From NCBI GenBank assembly GCA_041688045.1, contig JBDNIX010000254.1:1-37980 (forward strand): a stretch of DNA of 37,980 bases, in the 5' to 3' direction. Below are positions 1 through 9,963 of the stretch, in pieces. How positions within the stretch are numbered: the stretch's first letter is position 1; every line of letters begins with the position of its first letter. The notes under the pieces were generated by a model. The model worked only from the letters and a program-made list of their open reading frames with translations. It searched no databases and was not told the origin of the DNA. The stretch is from Nitriliruptoraceae bacterium. GTDB taxonomy: Bacteria; Actinomycetota; Nitriliruptoria; Nitriliruptorales; Nitriliruptoraceae. The translations under genes were made by a program, and so were the position numbers.

Positions 1-1
1 C

Positions 2-394
2 TCCCACATCGTGCTCCGAGGTGGTGACAACGGCCCGAATTTCACCCGCGAGCACGTCGAGGATGCCGCGACGCGGGCCCGGGCGGTCACCGGCCACCGC
101 CGTCCCGTCGTCGTGGACTGCTCACACGGAAACAGCGGCAAGGACCACAACCGGCAATCCGTGGTGGTCGACGATCTGCTCGAGCAGTGGCGTCAGGCGG
201 ACCACGGGATCCTGGGTCTCATGCTCGAGAGCAACCTGCAACCGGGCCGCCAGGACTGGGAACCGGGTCGCGAACTCCAATACGGCATCTCGATCACGGA
301 CGCCTGCGTCGGGTGGGACGAAACCGTCGCACTCCTCGACCGCTGCGCCGCGGCCGTCGCCGACAGCCGTGGCGGTCAGGCCGGGACCACGTAG
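2..394 (+). CDS. DAHP synthase, class I (AroF/G/H type), C-terminal fragment; the 5' end lies outside the window
   Basis: The frame is open from the window edge. The translation HIVLRGGDNGPNF...VVVDCSHGNSGKDH...LMLESNLQPGRQ...YGISITDACVGW matches conserved C-terminal blocks of class I DAHP synthases. The 3' end overlaps the convergent repressor gene by 19 nt. Confidence 0.8.
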   Translation, partial: SHIVLRGGDNGPNFTREHVEDAATRARAVTGHRRPVVVDCSHGNSGKDHNRQSVVVDDLLEQWRQADHGILGLMLESNLQPGRQDWEPGRELQYGISITDACVGWDETVALLDRCAAAVADSRGGQAGTT

Positions 395-1029
395 ACCAGT
401 TTGGCCGCATCGGGCGCCAACTCGACGCGGTGACCACCCAGTTCCAGCACGACCTCGGTCGGCTGGTGTGTCACCTCGACGATCTCGCCGGCCAGCATGC
501 CGTGTCGGTGCAGGATGTGGATCACGTTCGCATCGCTCTGCAACGATTCCGAGATGCTGTGGAGTTTGAATTCGCCGTCGTCGACCTCGGCGACGGCGAA
601 GATGTCGATCGGCGCACCCTGACCGCCGGGAATGGGGTTGCCGTACGGGCTGGTCGCCGGATTGCCCAGCAGTTCGGCGAGCTTGTCCTCGACCCGATCC
701 GAGATGACGTGCTCCCAGCGACAGGCTTCGTCGTGGATGTACTCGGCTTCCAGGCCGATGACATCGGCGAGCAACCGTTCCGCCAACCGGTGCTTGCGCA
801 TGACGCGAGTGGCTTTGTCCCGTCCGTTCTCGGTCAGCGTCACCGTGCGATCTTCGGACAGGCGCAGAAGCCCCTGATCCTCCAACCGGGCCACGCCCTC
901 GGACACCGACGGTGGGGACAGACCGAGCCGCTCGGACAAACGGGCCCGGATTGCGGGGATCCCCTCTTCCTCCAGTTCCAGGACGGTCCGGAGGTACATC
1001 TCCGTGGAATCGATCAGATCATGCGCCAC
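376..1029 (-). CDS. ideR: DtxR/IdeR-family metal-dependent transcriptional repressor with a C-terminal SH3-like domain
   Basis: The N-terminus DLIDSTEMYLRTVLELEEEG, the RKHRLAERLL block and the HDEACRWEHV metal-site block are typical of DtxR/IdeR. The ORF-track start is GTG 1047, but in-frame GTG 1029 has GGAGGG about 6 nt upstream and gives the canonical N-terminus. Confidence 0.9.
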   Translation of the reverse strand: MAHDLIDSTEMYLRTVLELEEEGIPAIRARLSERLGLSPPSVSEGVARLEDQGLLRLSEDRTVTLTENGRDKATRVMRKHRLAERLLADVIGLEAEYIHDEACRWEHVISDRVEDKLAELLGNPATSPYGNPIPGGQGAPIDIFAVAEVDDGEFKLHSISESLQSDANVIHILHRHGMLAGEIVEVTHQPTEVVLELGGHRVELAPDAAKLVYVVPA

Positions 1030-1077
1030 GCCACCCTCCGGAGTCACCTCCGGGCAGGGTAGCGGTCAGGCCGACGT

Positions 1078-1115
1078 GAAGAAGGGGCGGATCCGCGTGG
1101 ATCCGCCCCTTCTTC
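1078..1115 (-). terminator. Perfect 17-bp stem / 4-nt loop hairpin between clpC and the repressor gene
   Basis: GAAGAAGGGGCGGATCC-GCGT-GGATCCGCCCCTTCTTC, read directly. It lies 22 nt downstream of the clpC stop and ends in a TTCTTC run on both strands. Confidence 0.75.
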
Positions 1116-1136
1116 GCGCGCTGTCGTCGGCGACAG

Positions 1137-3677
1137 TCAGTCGCTGTCGTTGCCGCCGGACTCGCCATGGTCGCCGCGGTCGCCACCAGCCAGCTCAACC
1201 GGAGGGGTGTCCGGGGCTGCCGGCGAGTCGACGGCGCGGAAGGTGACCTCGTCGGTCTCCTGGTCGATGTCCGCGACGATGAGCTGCCCGTGGTCGAAGC
1301 CACCGACGAGGATCCGCTCGGAGAGCTTGTCCTCCAGCTCGCGCTGAATGGTCCGACGCAACGGACGGGCACCGAGCTGCGGGTCGTAACCCTTCTCGGC
1401 AAGCCACGTCTTCAGCGCGTCGGTCAGCTCCAGTTCGAGCCCCTTGACCGTCAGCTGCTTCTTCACGCGGGTCAGCATCAGGTCCACGATCGTGGTGACC
1501 TCCTCCCGCGTCAGCGGGTGGAAGACGATCGTGTCGTCGATGCGGTTCAGGAACTCCGGACGGAAGTGCTTCTTGAGTTCGTCGTTGACCTGGCGCTTCA
1601 TCTTGTCGTAGACCGAGTCGTCATCCTCCTGGACGAACCCGACCGACGGGGCGGTGAGGTTCTTGGTCCCGAGGTTGGACGTCATGATCAGGATGGTGTT
1701 CTTGAAGTCCACCGTCCTGCCCTGAGCATCGGTCAGGCGCCCGTCCTCCAGGATCTGCAACAGCGTGTTGAACACATCCGGGTGGGCCTTCTCCACTTCG
1801 TCGAAGAGGACGACGGAGAACGGCTTGCGGCGCACCTGCTCGGTGAGCTGCCCGCCTTCGTCGTAGCCCACGTACCCGGGCGGCGAGCCGATCAAACGGC
1901 TGACCGTGTGCTTCTCCATGTACTCCGACATGTCCAGGTGGATGAGCGAGTTCTCGTCACCGAAGAGGTACTCGGCCAGCGTCTTGGCGAGCTCGGTCTT
2001 CCCGACACCCGAGGGGCCGAGGAAGATGAACGAGCCGGCAGGACGCTTGGGGTCTTTGAGGCCCGCACGCGTCCGACGGATCGCCTTGGAGACCGCGGAG
2101 ATCGACTGCTCCTGCCCGATGACGCGCTTGTGGAGCTCGTCCTCCATGTGCAGCAGCTTCTCGGTCTCCTCCTGGGTGAGCTTGAGTACCGGGATGCCGG
2201 TCCAGTTCGACAGCACCTCGGCGATGACCTCGTCGTCCACGGTCAGCACGGTGTCCATGCCTTCGGACCGCCACACATCCTCGCGGTTGGAGCGACGCTC
2301 GATGAGCTTCTTCTCCTCATCTCGCAGTCCCGCCGCCCGTTCGAAGTCCTGGGCGTCGATGGCGCCTTCCTTGGCCTGACGCGCCTCCTCGATCTCCGTA
2401 TCCAGCTCCTGGAGATCGGGGGGCGTGGTCATGGACCGAATCCGCAACCTCGACCCGGCTTCATCGATCAGGTCGATGGCCTTGTCCGGCAGGTAGCGGT
2501 CCGAGATGTACCGTTCGGCCAGCTCCGCAGCGGCAACCAGCGCTTCGTCGGTGATGGTCACGCGGTGGTGCGCCTCGTACCGGTCGCGCAGACCCTTCAG
2601 GATCTCGATGGTGTGTTCCATCGTCGGCTCTTCGACCTTGACCGGCTGGAACCGGCGCTCGAGAGCCGCATCCTTTTCGAGGTGCTTGCGGTATTCGTCC
2701 AGCGTGGTCGCACCGACGGTCTGCAGCTCACCGCGGGCGAGCATCGGCTTCAGGATCGAGGCCGCGTCGATGGCCCCTTCGGCGGCACCCGCACCGACGA
2801 GCGTGTGGATCTCGTCGATGAACAGGATGATGTCGCCGCGGGTCGTGATCTCCTTGAGCACCTTCTTGAGGCGCTCCTCGAAGTCACCGCGGTAGCGCGA
2901 CCCGGCGACGAGTGCACCCAGGTCGAGGGTGTAGAGGTGCTTGTCACGCAGGGTTTCGGGGACCTCGCCGGCGACGACCCGCTGGGCGAGTCCCTCGACG
3001 ACGGCGGTCTTGCCGACCCCCGGCTCCCCGATCAGGACCGGGTTGTTCTTGGTACGGCGGGACAGCACCTGCATGACCCGCTCGATCTCACGCTGGCGAC
3101 CGATCACCGGATCGAGGTCACCGTCGCGGGCCGCCTGGGTCAGGTTGGTCCCGAACTGGTCCAGGATCGTGGACCCTTCGCGCGATCCCTGGCCCGAACC
3201 TTCCCCGACGCCGGCGCCGGCCTTGCCGCCTTCGGTGCCGGAGTACCCGGAGAGCAACTGGATGACGTGCTGACGCACTTTGTTGAGGTCCGCGCCGAGC
3301 TTCTGCAGCACCTGGGCCGCGACACCCTCGCCCTCACGGATCAGGCCGAGCAGGATGTGCTCGGTCCCGATGTAGTTGTGACCGAGCTGCAACGCTTCGC
3401 GCAGCGACAGTTCGAGCACCTTCTTCGCGCGCGGGGTGAACGGGATGTGACCGGCAGGAGCCGTCTGGCCCCGACCGATGATCTCCGTGACCTGCTCGCG
3501 CACTCCCTCGAGGGAGATGTTCATCGATTCGAGGGCCTTGGCGGCCACACCTTCGCCCTCGTGAATGAGGCCGAGCAGGATGTGCTCGGTCCCGATGTAG
3601 TTGTGGTTGAGCATCCGAGCCTCTTCTTGGGCAAGGACGACCACCCGACGGGCCCGGTCGGTAAATCGTTCGAACAT
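1137..3677 (-). CDS. clpC: ATP-dependent Clp protease ATP-binding subunit ClpC (class III AAA+ chaperone)
   Basis: [37 protein letters not shown] with the duplicated Clp-N repeat, two Walker A sites (GEPGVGKT and GPSGVGKT) and a UVR-like middle region. ATG 3677 is preferred over ATG 3686 because GGAAAG lies 9 nt upstream of it and it gives the canonical MFERF start. Confidence 0.97.
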   Translation of the reverse strand: MFERFTDRARRVVVLAQEEARMLNHNYIGTEHILLGLIHEGEGVAAKALESMNISLEGVREQVTEIIGRGQTAPAGHIPFTPRAKKVLELSLREALQLGHNYIGTEHILLGLIREGEGVAAQVLQKLGADLNKVRQHVIQLLSGYSGTEGGKAGAGVGEGSGQGSREGSTILDQFGTNLTQAARDGDLDPVIGRQREIERVMQVLSRRTKNNPVLIGEPGVGKTAVVEGLAQRVVAGEVPETLRDKHLYTLDLGALVAGSRYRGDFEERLKKVLKEITTRGDIILFIDEIHTLVGAGAAEGAIDAASILKPMLARGELQTVGATTLDEYRKHLEKDAALERRFQPVKVEEPTMEHTIEILKGLRDRYEAHHRVTITDEALVAAAELAERYISDRYLPDKAIDLIDEAGSRLRIRSMTTPPDLQELDTEIEEARQAKEGAIDAQDFERAAGLRDEEKKLIERRSNREDVWRSEGMDTVLTVDDEVIAEVLSNWTGIPVLKLTQEETEKLLHMEDELHKRVIGQEQSISAVSKAIRRTRAGLKDPKRPAGSFIFLGPSGVGKTELAKTLAEYLFGDENSLIHLDMSEYMEKHTVSRLIGSPPGYVGYDEGGQLTEQVRRKPFSVVLFDEVEKAHPDVFNTLLQILEDGRLTDAQGRTVDFKNTILIMTSNLGTKNLTAPSVGFVQEDDDSVYDKMKRQVNDELKKHFRPEFLNRIDDTIVFHPLTREEVTTIVDLMLTRVKKQLTVKGLELELTDALKTWLAEKGYDPQLGARPLRRTIQRELEDKLSERILVGGFDHGQLIVADIDQETDEVTFRAVDSPAAPDTPPVELAGGDRGDHGESGGNDSD

Positions 3678-4051
3678 CTGTCTCATCTTTCCGGCGTCAT
3701 GAACGCCGACTCTCGCTGCGACGGTCTCGGTCCAACTCGTCGAGCGGGTGGTCAGGTCTGACGCTTCGATCGGACCTCACGGCTTCCGTTGAAAACCGCG
3801 GTTCGTCTCCTACGAGCGTAACCCATGCTCTGCACCGTGCACCCCCTGTTCGGGGCCGAACCGAACGCCGACTGGCTCGAAGGAGGGGGGACTTCCTCGC
3901 CGGCGACAACCCGGCAGGCACGGTCAGGCGATCCGAGGCACGAGCGGCGACCGCACGGTGTGTCGTCATCGGTGTCGGCGCCATCCGCTCGGGTCGGGCA
4001 GGGTGGAGCACGACGTGCGAGGCCGCTCGGAAGCTGTTGCCGCGCCCGGAA

Positions 4052-4080
4052 GCAATCTGCGTCAGTGCGACGCAGATTGC
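4052..4080 (-). terminator. 12-bp stem / 5-nt loop hairpin immediately after the LOG gene stop
   Basis: GCAATCTGCGTC-AGTGC-GACGCAGATTGC, one base from the TGA at 4082-4084. It sits at the end of the long co-directional gene array. Confidence 0.65.
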
Positions 4081-4081
4081 C

Positions 4082-4648
4082 TCAGAACCACTTGGTCGGC
4101 AGAGGAGGCGCGGGCGGGGCGTCCAGCGCCGCGATCAGCGCATCGACGTCGGGGGCGACCCGGTACAGCTGCGCGTACTCCGGCTTGGCGAACCCCGTTG
4201 CGAACAGCTCCTCGAACACCGCGAGCAACGGCTGATAGAAGCCATCGAGGTCCAGCAACACGATGGGCTTGTCGTGGTAGCCCAACTGTTTGAGGGTGAG
4301 TACCTCGAACAGCTCCTCCAGGGTCCCGAACCCGCCCGGCAGGGCCACGAAGGCGTCCGCGCGGGTGATCATCTCCTGCTTGCGACCCGACATCCCGTCG
4401 GTCACCACCAGATCGTCGCAGGCGCCGTCGGCGAGTCCCCGATCGACCATCAACTGGGGCACGACGCCGGTCACCCGACCTCCGGCACCACGCGTCGCAT
4501 CGGCGAGCACGCCCATCACGCCGACGGCGGTCCCGCCGTAGATCAACTCGTCGCCGCGGTCCGCCAGACGTCGTGCGACGGCCCGCGCAGCTTCGCGGTA
4601 CCGCTCCGCCACGGCATCCGACGACGACGTGTAGATCGTGACACGCAC
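4082..4648 (-). CDS. LOG-family protein (TIGR00730-type nucleotide 5'-monophosphate nucleosidase, formerly annotated as lysine decarboxylase-like)
   Basis: The GGTAVGVMG and PGGFGTLEELFE motifs are typical of the LOG family. The GTG start lies 1 nt after the lysS stop. Confidence 0.8.
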   Translation of the reverse strand: MRVTIYTSSSDAVAERYREAARAVARRLADRGDELIYGGTAVGVMGVLADATRGAGGRVTGVVPQLMVDRGLADGACDDLVVTDGMSGRKQEMITRADAFVALPGGFGTLEELFEVLTLKQLGYHDKPIVLLDLDGFYQPLLAVFEELFATGFAKPEYAQLYRVAPDVDALIAALDAPPAPPLPTKWF

Positions 4649-4649
4649 G

Positions 4650-6203
4650 TCAGGTGCGTTCGGGGCGGAGCGTCGGAAACAGGATCACGTCACGGATGTT
4701 GCTGACGTCGGCGATGAACATCACCAGCCGGTCGACGCCGATACCCAATCCTCCGGTCGGTGGCAGTCCGAGTTCCATCGCCCGAAGGTACGCCTCGTCG
4801 ACGACCATCGCTTCGGCGTCACCAGCGGCCTTGGCGCGGGCCTGGGCTTCGAAGCGTTCGCGTTGCACGGCGGGATCGATGAGCTCACTGAAGGCGTTGC
4901 CCAGCTCCCGCCCCGCGACGATGACCTCGAAGCGCTCGGTGACGTGGGGGTCCGAGCGGTGCGCTCGCGCCAACGGCGAGGTCTCGATCGGGTGGTCGAT
5001 CACGAAGGTCGGGTCCCAGAGCTCGCTCTCGACGAGCTTCTCGTACAACTCGACGATCAGCTTGCCGGGCCCCCACGCGCCCTCCCAGTGGACGTCGTGG
5101 GTTTCGCACAGGTCACGAAGGTCGGCGACATCGAGGTCGTAGCTGAGATCAGCACGACCCGTGGCTTCCCGCGTCAGCTCCAACATGGTTGCGCGCCGGA
5201 ACGGACCAGCCAGCGACAGCGGGCGCCCCTGGTAGGTCAGTTCGGTGGTGCCGACCGCGTCGGTGGCCGCGCGCTGGATCAGTGCCTCGGTCAGGTCCAT
5301 CACGTCGTGGTAGTCGTCGTACGCGGCGTACGACTCCAACATCGTGAACTCCGGGTTGTGCCGCGCACTCATGCCTTCGTTACGGAAGTTGCGGTTGATC
5401 TCGTAGACCCGTCGCATCCCACCGGCGATCAGGCGCTTGAGGTACAGCTCCGGGGCGATCCGCAGGTACAGGTCCACGTCCAGCGTGTTGTGGTGGGTCA
5501 CGAACGGCCGGGCGGACGCACCCCCCGGGATCGGATGGAGCATGGGCGTCTCCACCTCGACGAAGCCGCGCTCCTCCATCTCGGCCCGCAGCGCGGAGAG
5601 CACCTTCGATCGCACCTCGAAGACCCTGCGCGCATCGTCGTTGACGACCAGATCCAGTTCACGCTGTCGGAACCGGGCTTCGGTGTCCGAGAGCCCATGC
5701 CACTTGTCCGGGAGCGGCCGCAGGCCCTTGGCCAGCAGCGTGATCGTCTCCGGCTTGACCGACAGCTCGCCCGTCTTGGAGGCCATCACCTCGCCGGTCG
5801 CGCCGATCCAGTCGCCGGTGTCGAGCAGGTCGATCAGGTCGCGGGAGGCAGCGTCCAGCGCAGCCAGAGGGCAGAACAACTGGATGTCCTGGCCGTCCTC
5901 GCGCAGGACGAGGAATCGCAGCTTGCCCATCTCGCGCTTGACCACCAACCGGCCGGCGATGGTCACCCGGTCGCCGGTCTCCGTGCCGGGTTCGACGTCC
6001 GGGTACGCGGCGCGGACCTCCGGCACCGTGTGGGTGGGCCGGAACCGCACGGGGTAGGGCTCGACGCCCGCGTCCCGCAGTTGCGCGACCTTGGCGCGGC
6101 GGCCCGCAATGATCTCGTCCAGCTTGGAGGCATCGTCGCCATCACCGTCGGGCGGGTCGGATGGTGGCGGTCCGCCGTTCTGCGGCGGTGGGGCAGGGGA
6201 CAC
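4650..6203 (-). CDS. lysS: Lysine--tRNA ligase, class II
   Basis: OB-fold region (RVTIAGRLVVKREMGKLRFLVLRED), class II motifs (FVEVETPML, FRNEG, GLGIGVDRLVM). The start is uncertain. The ORF track uses TTG 6278; in-frame GTG 6203 has GAAGG upstream and gives about 517 aa. Confidence 0.93.
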   Translation of the reverse strand: MSPAPPPQNGGPPPSDPPDGDGDDASKLDEIIAGRRAKVAQLRDAGVEPYPVRFRPTHTVPEVRAAYPDVEPGTETGDRVTIAGRLVVKREMGKLRFLVLREDGQDIQLFCPLAALDAASRDLIDLLDTGDWIGATGEVMASKTGELSVKPETITLLAKGLRPLPDKWHGLSDTEARFRQRELDLVVNDDARRVFEVRSKVLSALRAEMEERGFVEVETPMLHPIPGGASARPFVTHHNTLDVDLYLRIAPELYLKRLIAGGMRRVYEINRNFRNEGMSARHNPEFTMLESYAAYDDYHDVMDLTEALIQRAATDAVGTTELTYQGRPLSLAGPFRRATMLELTREATGRADLSYDLDVADLRDLCETHDVHWEGAWGPGKLIVELYEKLVESELWDPTFVIDHPIETSPLARAHRSDPHVTERFEVIVAGRELGNAFSELIDPAVQRERFEAQARAKAAGDAEAMVVDEAYLRAMELGLPPTGGLGIGVDRLVMFIADVSNIRDVILFPTLRPERT

Positions 6204-6357
6204 GACAGGGCCTTCGAGGTGGAGACGAGGGACGGCTTCGCGCGAGGCACGACACGATGCCCAGGAGGCGCCCGGCAACGGTAGCGGCGCACACCGGAAC
6301 CCCGATGCCGGGTGGTGACCGGGGCGGTGGGTGGTGAGAGGTGCCGGTGTGCACTGC

Positions 6358-7131
6358 TCACCCCCCGAGGTTGCGCTCCCAGATCAGGCGCAGGCCCTTG
6401 AGGGTGAGCCACGGGTCGTGGTGGTCGATCGTGGTGCAGGCCTCCAGCACCGATGCGGCCAGTCCACCGGTCGCCACGACCGTCACGCCCGGTCCCAGCT
6501 CGGCGATGAACCGTGTCACGATGCCGTCGACCTGACCGGCGACGCCGTAGACGATGCCGGACTGCAGGGCGGTCACCGTCGACCGGCCGATGGGCGAGCG
6601 TGGCGCAACCGCCTCGACGGTCGGCAGCCGGGCAGCGCGCTGCACCAGCGCCTCGGACGCCGTGGCGATCCCGGGAGCGATGGCACCGCCGACGAACCGG
6701 CCGTCGCGGTCCACCGCGTCGAAAGACGTCGCCGTGCCGAAATCGACCACGATCGATGGGCCACCGTAGAGTGCGTGAGCGGCCACGGCGTTGGCGATGC
6801 GGTCGGCTCCGAGGTCCCGGGGGTTCTCGTGCTTCATGGCGATGCCGGTGCGCACACCCGGCTCGATGACCAACGGCGCTGTCCGGGCGTACCGCTCGCA
6901 CATGCCGCGCAGCGACGTCGTCAGTGCGGGCACGACCGATCCGATGACCGCGCCGTTGATGTCGTGGGCGAGCTCGAGGCCTGCCAGGTCCAGGACACCG
7001 GACACCAACATGCCGAGCTCGTCGGGGGTACGCCGGTCGATCGTGGACAACCGCCAGTGCTGGCGCAGGTCGTCACCGTCGAACACCCCGACGACGGTCG
7101 TGGAATTTCCGACATCCATCGCCAACAGCAC
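6358..7131 (-). CDS. coaX: Type III pantothenate kinase
   Basis: LLAMDVGNSTTVVGVF N-terminus, DRIANAVAA and VVDFGTATSFD blocks typical of CoaX. The start lies 1 nt after the panC stop. Confidence 0.92.
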   Translation of the reverse strand: MLLAMDVGNSTTVVGVFDGDDLRQHWRLSTIDRRTPDELGMLVSGVLDLAGLELAHDINGAVIGSVVPALTTSLRGMCERYARTAPLVIEPGVRTGIAMKHENPRDLGADRIANAVAAHALYGGPSIVVDFGTATSFDAVDRDGRFVGGAIAPGIATASEALVQRAARLPTVEAVAPRSPIGRSTVTALQSGIVYGVAGQVDGIVTRFIAELGPGVTVVATGGLAASVLEACTTIDHHDPWLTLKGLRLIWERNLGG

Positions 7132-7132
7132 G

Positions 7133-8080
7133 TCAGTTCTCCCCAGGTGTGTCGGACGAGTCGACGGCAGCCAGCAACGCGTCCTCGTCGGCGAGATCGC
7201 CCACCTCGACGTTGTCGATCAGCCGCACGTTCCCGAGAAAGGCGGCCACGGCGACCACCTGGCGATCATCCGGGCCGATCACCGCGTTCGTGGGCTGCAT
7301 CGTGATCGGGTCCACCACCTCGAGGTAGTCGCGTCGCAGGGCCGGTCCGTCGTCCAGCACCTTCGCGGCGGACGCTGCCAGGTGCCCGGCTGCGAGGTCC
7401 ACACCGGCGGCGCGCGCATCCCGGGCGGTCAGGACCGCAGCGGCCAGCGCCCGTGGCAGTGCCCGCGCCGCACGTCGGTGCGCGTCGTGGAGGCGCCGGT
7501 TGCGGCTGGACAACGCCAGACCGTCGCCCTCACGGACCGTCGGGACACCCAGGATGGCGACCGGCAGGTTGAGGTCGGCGACCAGTTGGCGGATCACCTG
7601 CAGCTGCTGACGGTCCTTGCGGCCGAACGCGGCCATGTCCGGCTGCACCAGGTTGAGGAACTTGGTGACGACGGTCGCCACGGCATCGAAGTGCCCCGGT
7701 CGCGACGCGCCGCACAACCGATCCGTCAGACCTCCCCCGACGGTGACCGTGACTCGCGGCTCGTCCGGATAAATCTCTCGGACGTTGGGGACGAACAGCA
7801 GCGCGGGGGTGTCTGCGCCCAGTTGTCGCAGGGTCTGCTCGTCGGTGTCGAGGTCGCGCGGGTAGGCCGCCAGGTCGTCGGGTTGATCGAACTGGGTCGG
7901 GTTGACGAAAATGCTCACGACCAGGTCGTCGACGTGTTCCGCCAATCGCCGGATGAGCGCGACATGGCCGGCGTGCAGCGCACCCATCGTGGGCACCAAC
8001 CCGATGGTGCGACCACCGGCCCGCAGCCGCGACACGTTGGCGCGGAGCTCGGCGATCGTGGTCACGCGCTGCACCGTCAC
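7133..8080 (-). CDS. panC: Pantoate--beta-alanine ligase
   Basis: VPTMGALHAGHVALIR (HIGH-type motif) and FGRKDRQQL blocks. The GTG start overlaps the upstream stop as GTGA. Confidence 0.93.
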   Translation of the reverse strand: MTVQRVTTIAELRANVSRLRAGGRTIGLVPTMGALHAGHVALIRRLAEHVDDLVVSIFVNPTQFDQPDDLAAYPRDLDTDEQTLRQLGADTPALLFVPNVREIYPDEPRVTVTVGGGLTDRLCGASRPGHFDAVATVVTKFLNLVQPDMAAFGRKDRQQLQVIRQLVADLNLPVAILGVPTVREGDGLALSSRNRRLHDAHRRAARALPRALAAAVLTARDARAAGVDLAAGHLAASAAKVLDDGPALRRDYLEVVDPITMQPTNAVIGPDDRQVVAVAAFLGNVRLIDNVEVGDLADEDALLAAVDSSDTPGEN

Positions 8081-8940
8081 GCCTTCCCGTCATCGAGCAG
8101 CGCCCGGAGCTCCTCGACCACCTGCGGGGGCAGGGTCGGTCGGACCGGCGCGAGCGTCGCCATCGCCAGTGCACGGTAGGCCGCCAGCAGCTCCGGCGTG
8201 TCGCGGGCCATGGCATCGAGGTGCCCCGCGACGGTGCCCACGTCGCCGCGCACGATCGGCCCCGTCAGCGCCTGCGCGCCGTGGGTCAGGACGTTGCTCA
8301 CGCTCGCATCGATGAGGGGCGACAGGAAGGCCTGCGGATCGTCGACATGTGCAGCGATCAGCAATCGCCGCGCGGTCGCCACGGCGGCACCGACGGCGTT
8401 GGACGCCACCGTCAGCCCGGCGTGGTACAGCGCCCGCGCATCCTCCGGGACCCGGTGCGGGTCACCGCCCAGCGACGTGACCAGCTCGCCCGCCCACGTC
8501 TGATCCGGATCCGCAGCCGTCACGGCCCACGCCACGCCGACGAGCAGATCGGGATCGCGGGCCCCCGCTGGGACGGTCATCGCCGGATGGCAGGCCGCGA
8601 CGCGGGCACCGGTCAGTGCCACGCGGTGCAGGGGGGTGCAGCCGCGCGAGCCGGCGACGTGCACGACCCGGTGATCCGGGCCCACGGCATCATGGACGGC
8701 GAGGTCGGTCGCAACGCCCTCCAGCGCGTCGTCCGGGACACACAGCACGACGATCTGGGCGCGTTCAGCGGCATCGGCCGTTGTCGCGCACGGACGTGCC
8801 CCCGCCACCGATCGTGCCAGGTCCTGCCTGGCTTGTTCCGATCCCCCCGCGATGGCCACGACGCGCTTGCCGGACCGGGCGAACGCCATGGCCAGCAGGG
8901 TGCCGACCCGGCCCGGACCGATGATGGCGACATCGCGCAT
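8077..8940 (-). CDS. Rossmann-fold NAD(P)-binding protein with a DUF2520-like C-terminal domain
   Basis: N-terminal VAIIGPGRVGTLLA dinucleotide-binding motif and an Ala/Leu-rich helical C-terminal half. It is translationally coupled to folK upstream (TGATG, 1-nt overlap) and panC downstream (GTGA). This position is conserved in actinobacterial fol-pan clusters. Confidence 0.6.
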   Translation of the reverse strand: MRDVAIIGPGRVGTLLAMAFARSGKRVVAIAGGSEQARQDLARSVAGARPCATTADAAERAQIVVLCVPDDALEGVATDLAVHDAVGPDHRVVHVAGSRGCTPLHRVALTGARVAACHPAMTVPAGARDPDLLVGVAWAVTAADPDQTWAGELVTSLGGDPHRVPEDARALYHAGLTVASNAVGAAVATARRLLIAAHVDDPQAFLSPLIDASVSNVLTHGAQALTGPIVRGDVGTVAGHLDAMARDTPELLAAYRALAMATLAPVRPTLPPQVVEELRALLDDGKA

Positions 8941-9590
8941 CAGCGTGACTCCGACGTCGTGTCCGCGTCCGCCGCGCCGTGGTCGGTGGCCGCCGCGTCC
9001 AGGCCAGGGCGGCTGAAGCTCGCCGGAGGGCCGGTAGGTCCTTCCGGTCGGGCGGCGCGCGCTCCTGGGACGTCTTCCAGGCGCACCACCAGGTCGATGT
9101 CATCGATCGGGCCCAGTTGCATCAACAGGCGGGTCAGGCGGCGACCGTCCGGAAGCTGGCCACCCGGCATGACCTCCAACAGGGGAACCAGCACGAACGC
9201 GCGCTCGGCGATGCGCGGATGCGGCAGGGTCACCTCCGGCGTGTCCCGTTCCAGGTCCTCCATGAGCAGCAGGTCGATGTCCAGGGTGCGGGGGCCCCAG
9301 CGGACCTCCCGGCGGCGATCGCGCCCGAACGCGGTTTCGATCAGCTGGGTCTCAGACAGCAGTCCTTCGGGGGTCAGGGTCGTCACGCCGACCACGACCA
9401 TGTTCATGTAGGGATCCTGCGTCACCGATCGGGGGTCGTCCGGCGGCGGCCAGGGTGGGGTTTCGTACACCCCGGAGACGTCCACGACGGCGAACCCGTC
9501 GATGTCGTGCAGGACCTCGACAGCGGCCGTCAGGGTCTCGAGCGGATCACCGACGTTGGATCCCAGACCGAGGTGGACCGTCCGACTCAC
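8940..9590 (-). CDS. folK: 2-amino-4-hydroxy-6-hydroxymethyldihydropteridine diphosphokinase (HPPK)
   Basis: HLGLGSNVGDPLETL...YETPPW...RTLDIDLL...LPHPRIAERAFVLVPL motifs. Only the last 216 codons of ORF 8940..10040 are used. GTG 9590 overlaps the folB stop as GTGA. The C-terminal tail of about 50 aa is low-complexity. Confidence 0.88.
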   Translation of the reverse strand: MSRTVHLGLGSNVGDPLETLTAAVEVLHDIDGFAVVDVSGVYETPPWPPPDDPRSVTQDPYMNMVVVGVTTLTPEGLLSETQLIETAFGRDRRREVRWGPRTLDIDLLLMEDLERDTPEVTLPHPRIAERAFVLVPLLEVMPGGQLPDGRRLTRLLMQLGPIDDIDLVVRLEDVPGARAARPEGPTGPPASFSRPGLDAAATDHGAADADTTSESR

Positions 9591-9952
9591 GTCCGCGACC
9601 GCCGCAGCGTCACGGCGACCTCGCGCGCGACCACCGGCAGGGGTGCCGCCGGCTTGTGGACGGTCACCTCGACGCTGCTGACCTGTGGGTCGACGAGGCA
9701 GCGGTCGGCGATGCGGCCGGCGACCGTCTCGATGAGGTCTGCGGGTTCCCCGGAGACGATCGCGGCGACGTCGGCCGACAGCGCGCCGTAGTCGATGGTG
9801 TCGGACAGGTCGTCGGTCCCGGCGGCTCGTGACAGATCGAGGTCGAGCGCCACATCCACCACGAAGCGCTGCCCGTACTGACGCTCGTGGGGTAGGACGC
9901 CGTGGTGGCCGAAAGCCTCCAGGCCGTTGATCGTGATGCGGTCGGTGGACAC
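9587..9952 (-). CDS. folB: Dihydroneopterin aldolase
   Basis: ITINGLEAFGHHGVLPHERQYGQRFVVDV and DTIDYG blocks. GAGGAGG lies upstream of GTG 9952. Confidence 0.9.
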   Translation of the reverse strand: MSTDRITINGLEAFGHHGVLPHERQYGQRFVVDVALDLDLSRAAGTDDLSDTIDYGALSADVAAIVSGEPADLIETVAGRIADRCLVDPQVSSVEVTVHKPAAPLPVVAREVAVTLRRSRT

Positions 9953-9963
9953 GGAGGGCCTCC

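Noticed and set aside
1167-3761. 864-aa ORF on the plus strand
   Set aside because: It is exactly antisense to clpC. The translation is Arg/Val/Leu/Gly/Asp-rich with no motifs, a typical shadow ORF in high-GC DNA. clpC on the other strand is unambiguous.
3687-4081. A hidden lsr2-like or other small gene, or a ClgR-type operator, in the 395-nt region upstream of clpC, including the 10-bp palindrome AACCGCGGTT at 3794-3803
   Set aside because: No frame gives an Lsr2-like or otherwise protein-like translation. The palindrome does not match the CGC-N5-GCG type ClgR site as I remember it, and short GC palindromes are common at this GC content. I treat the region as the clpC leader and promoter.
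4638-6284. 548-aa ORF on the plus strand
   Set aside because: It is antisense to lysS. The class II aaRS motifs are found only on the minus strand.
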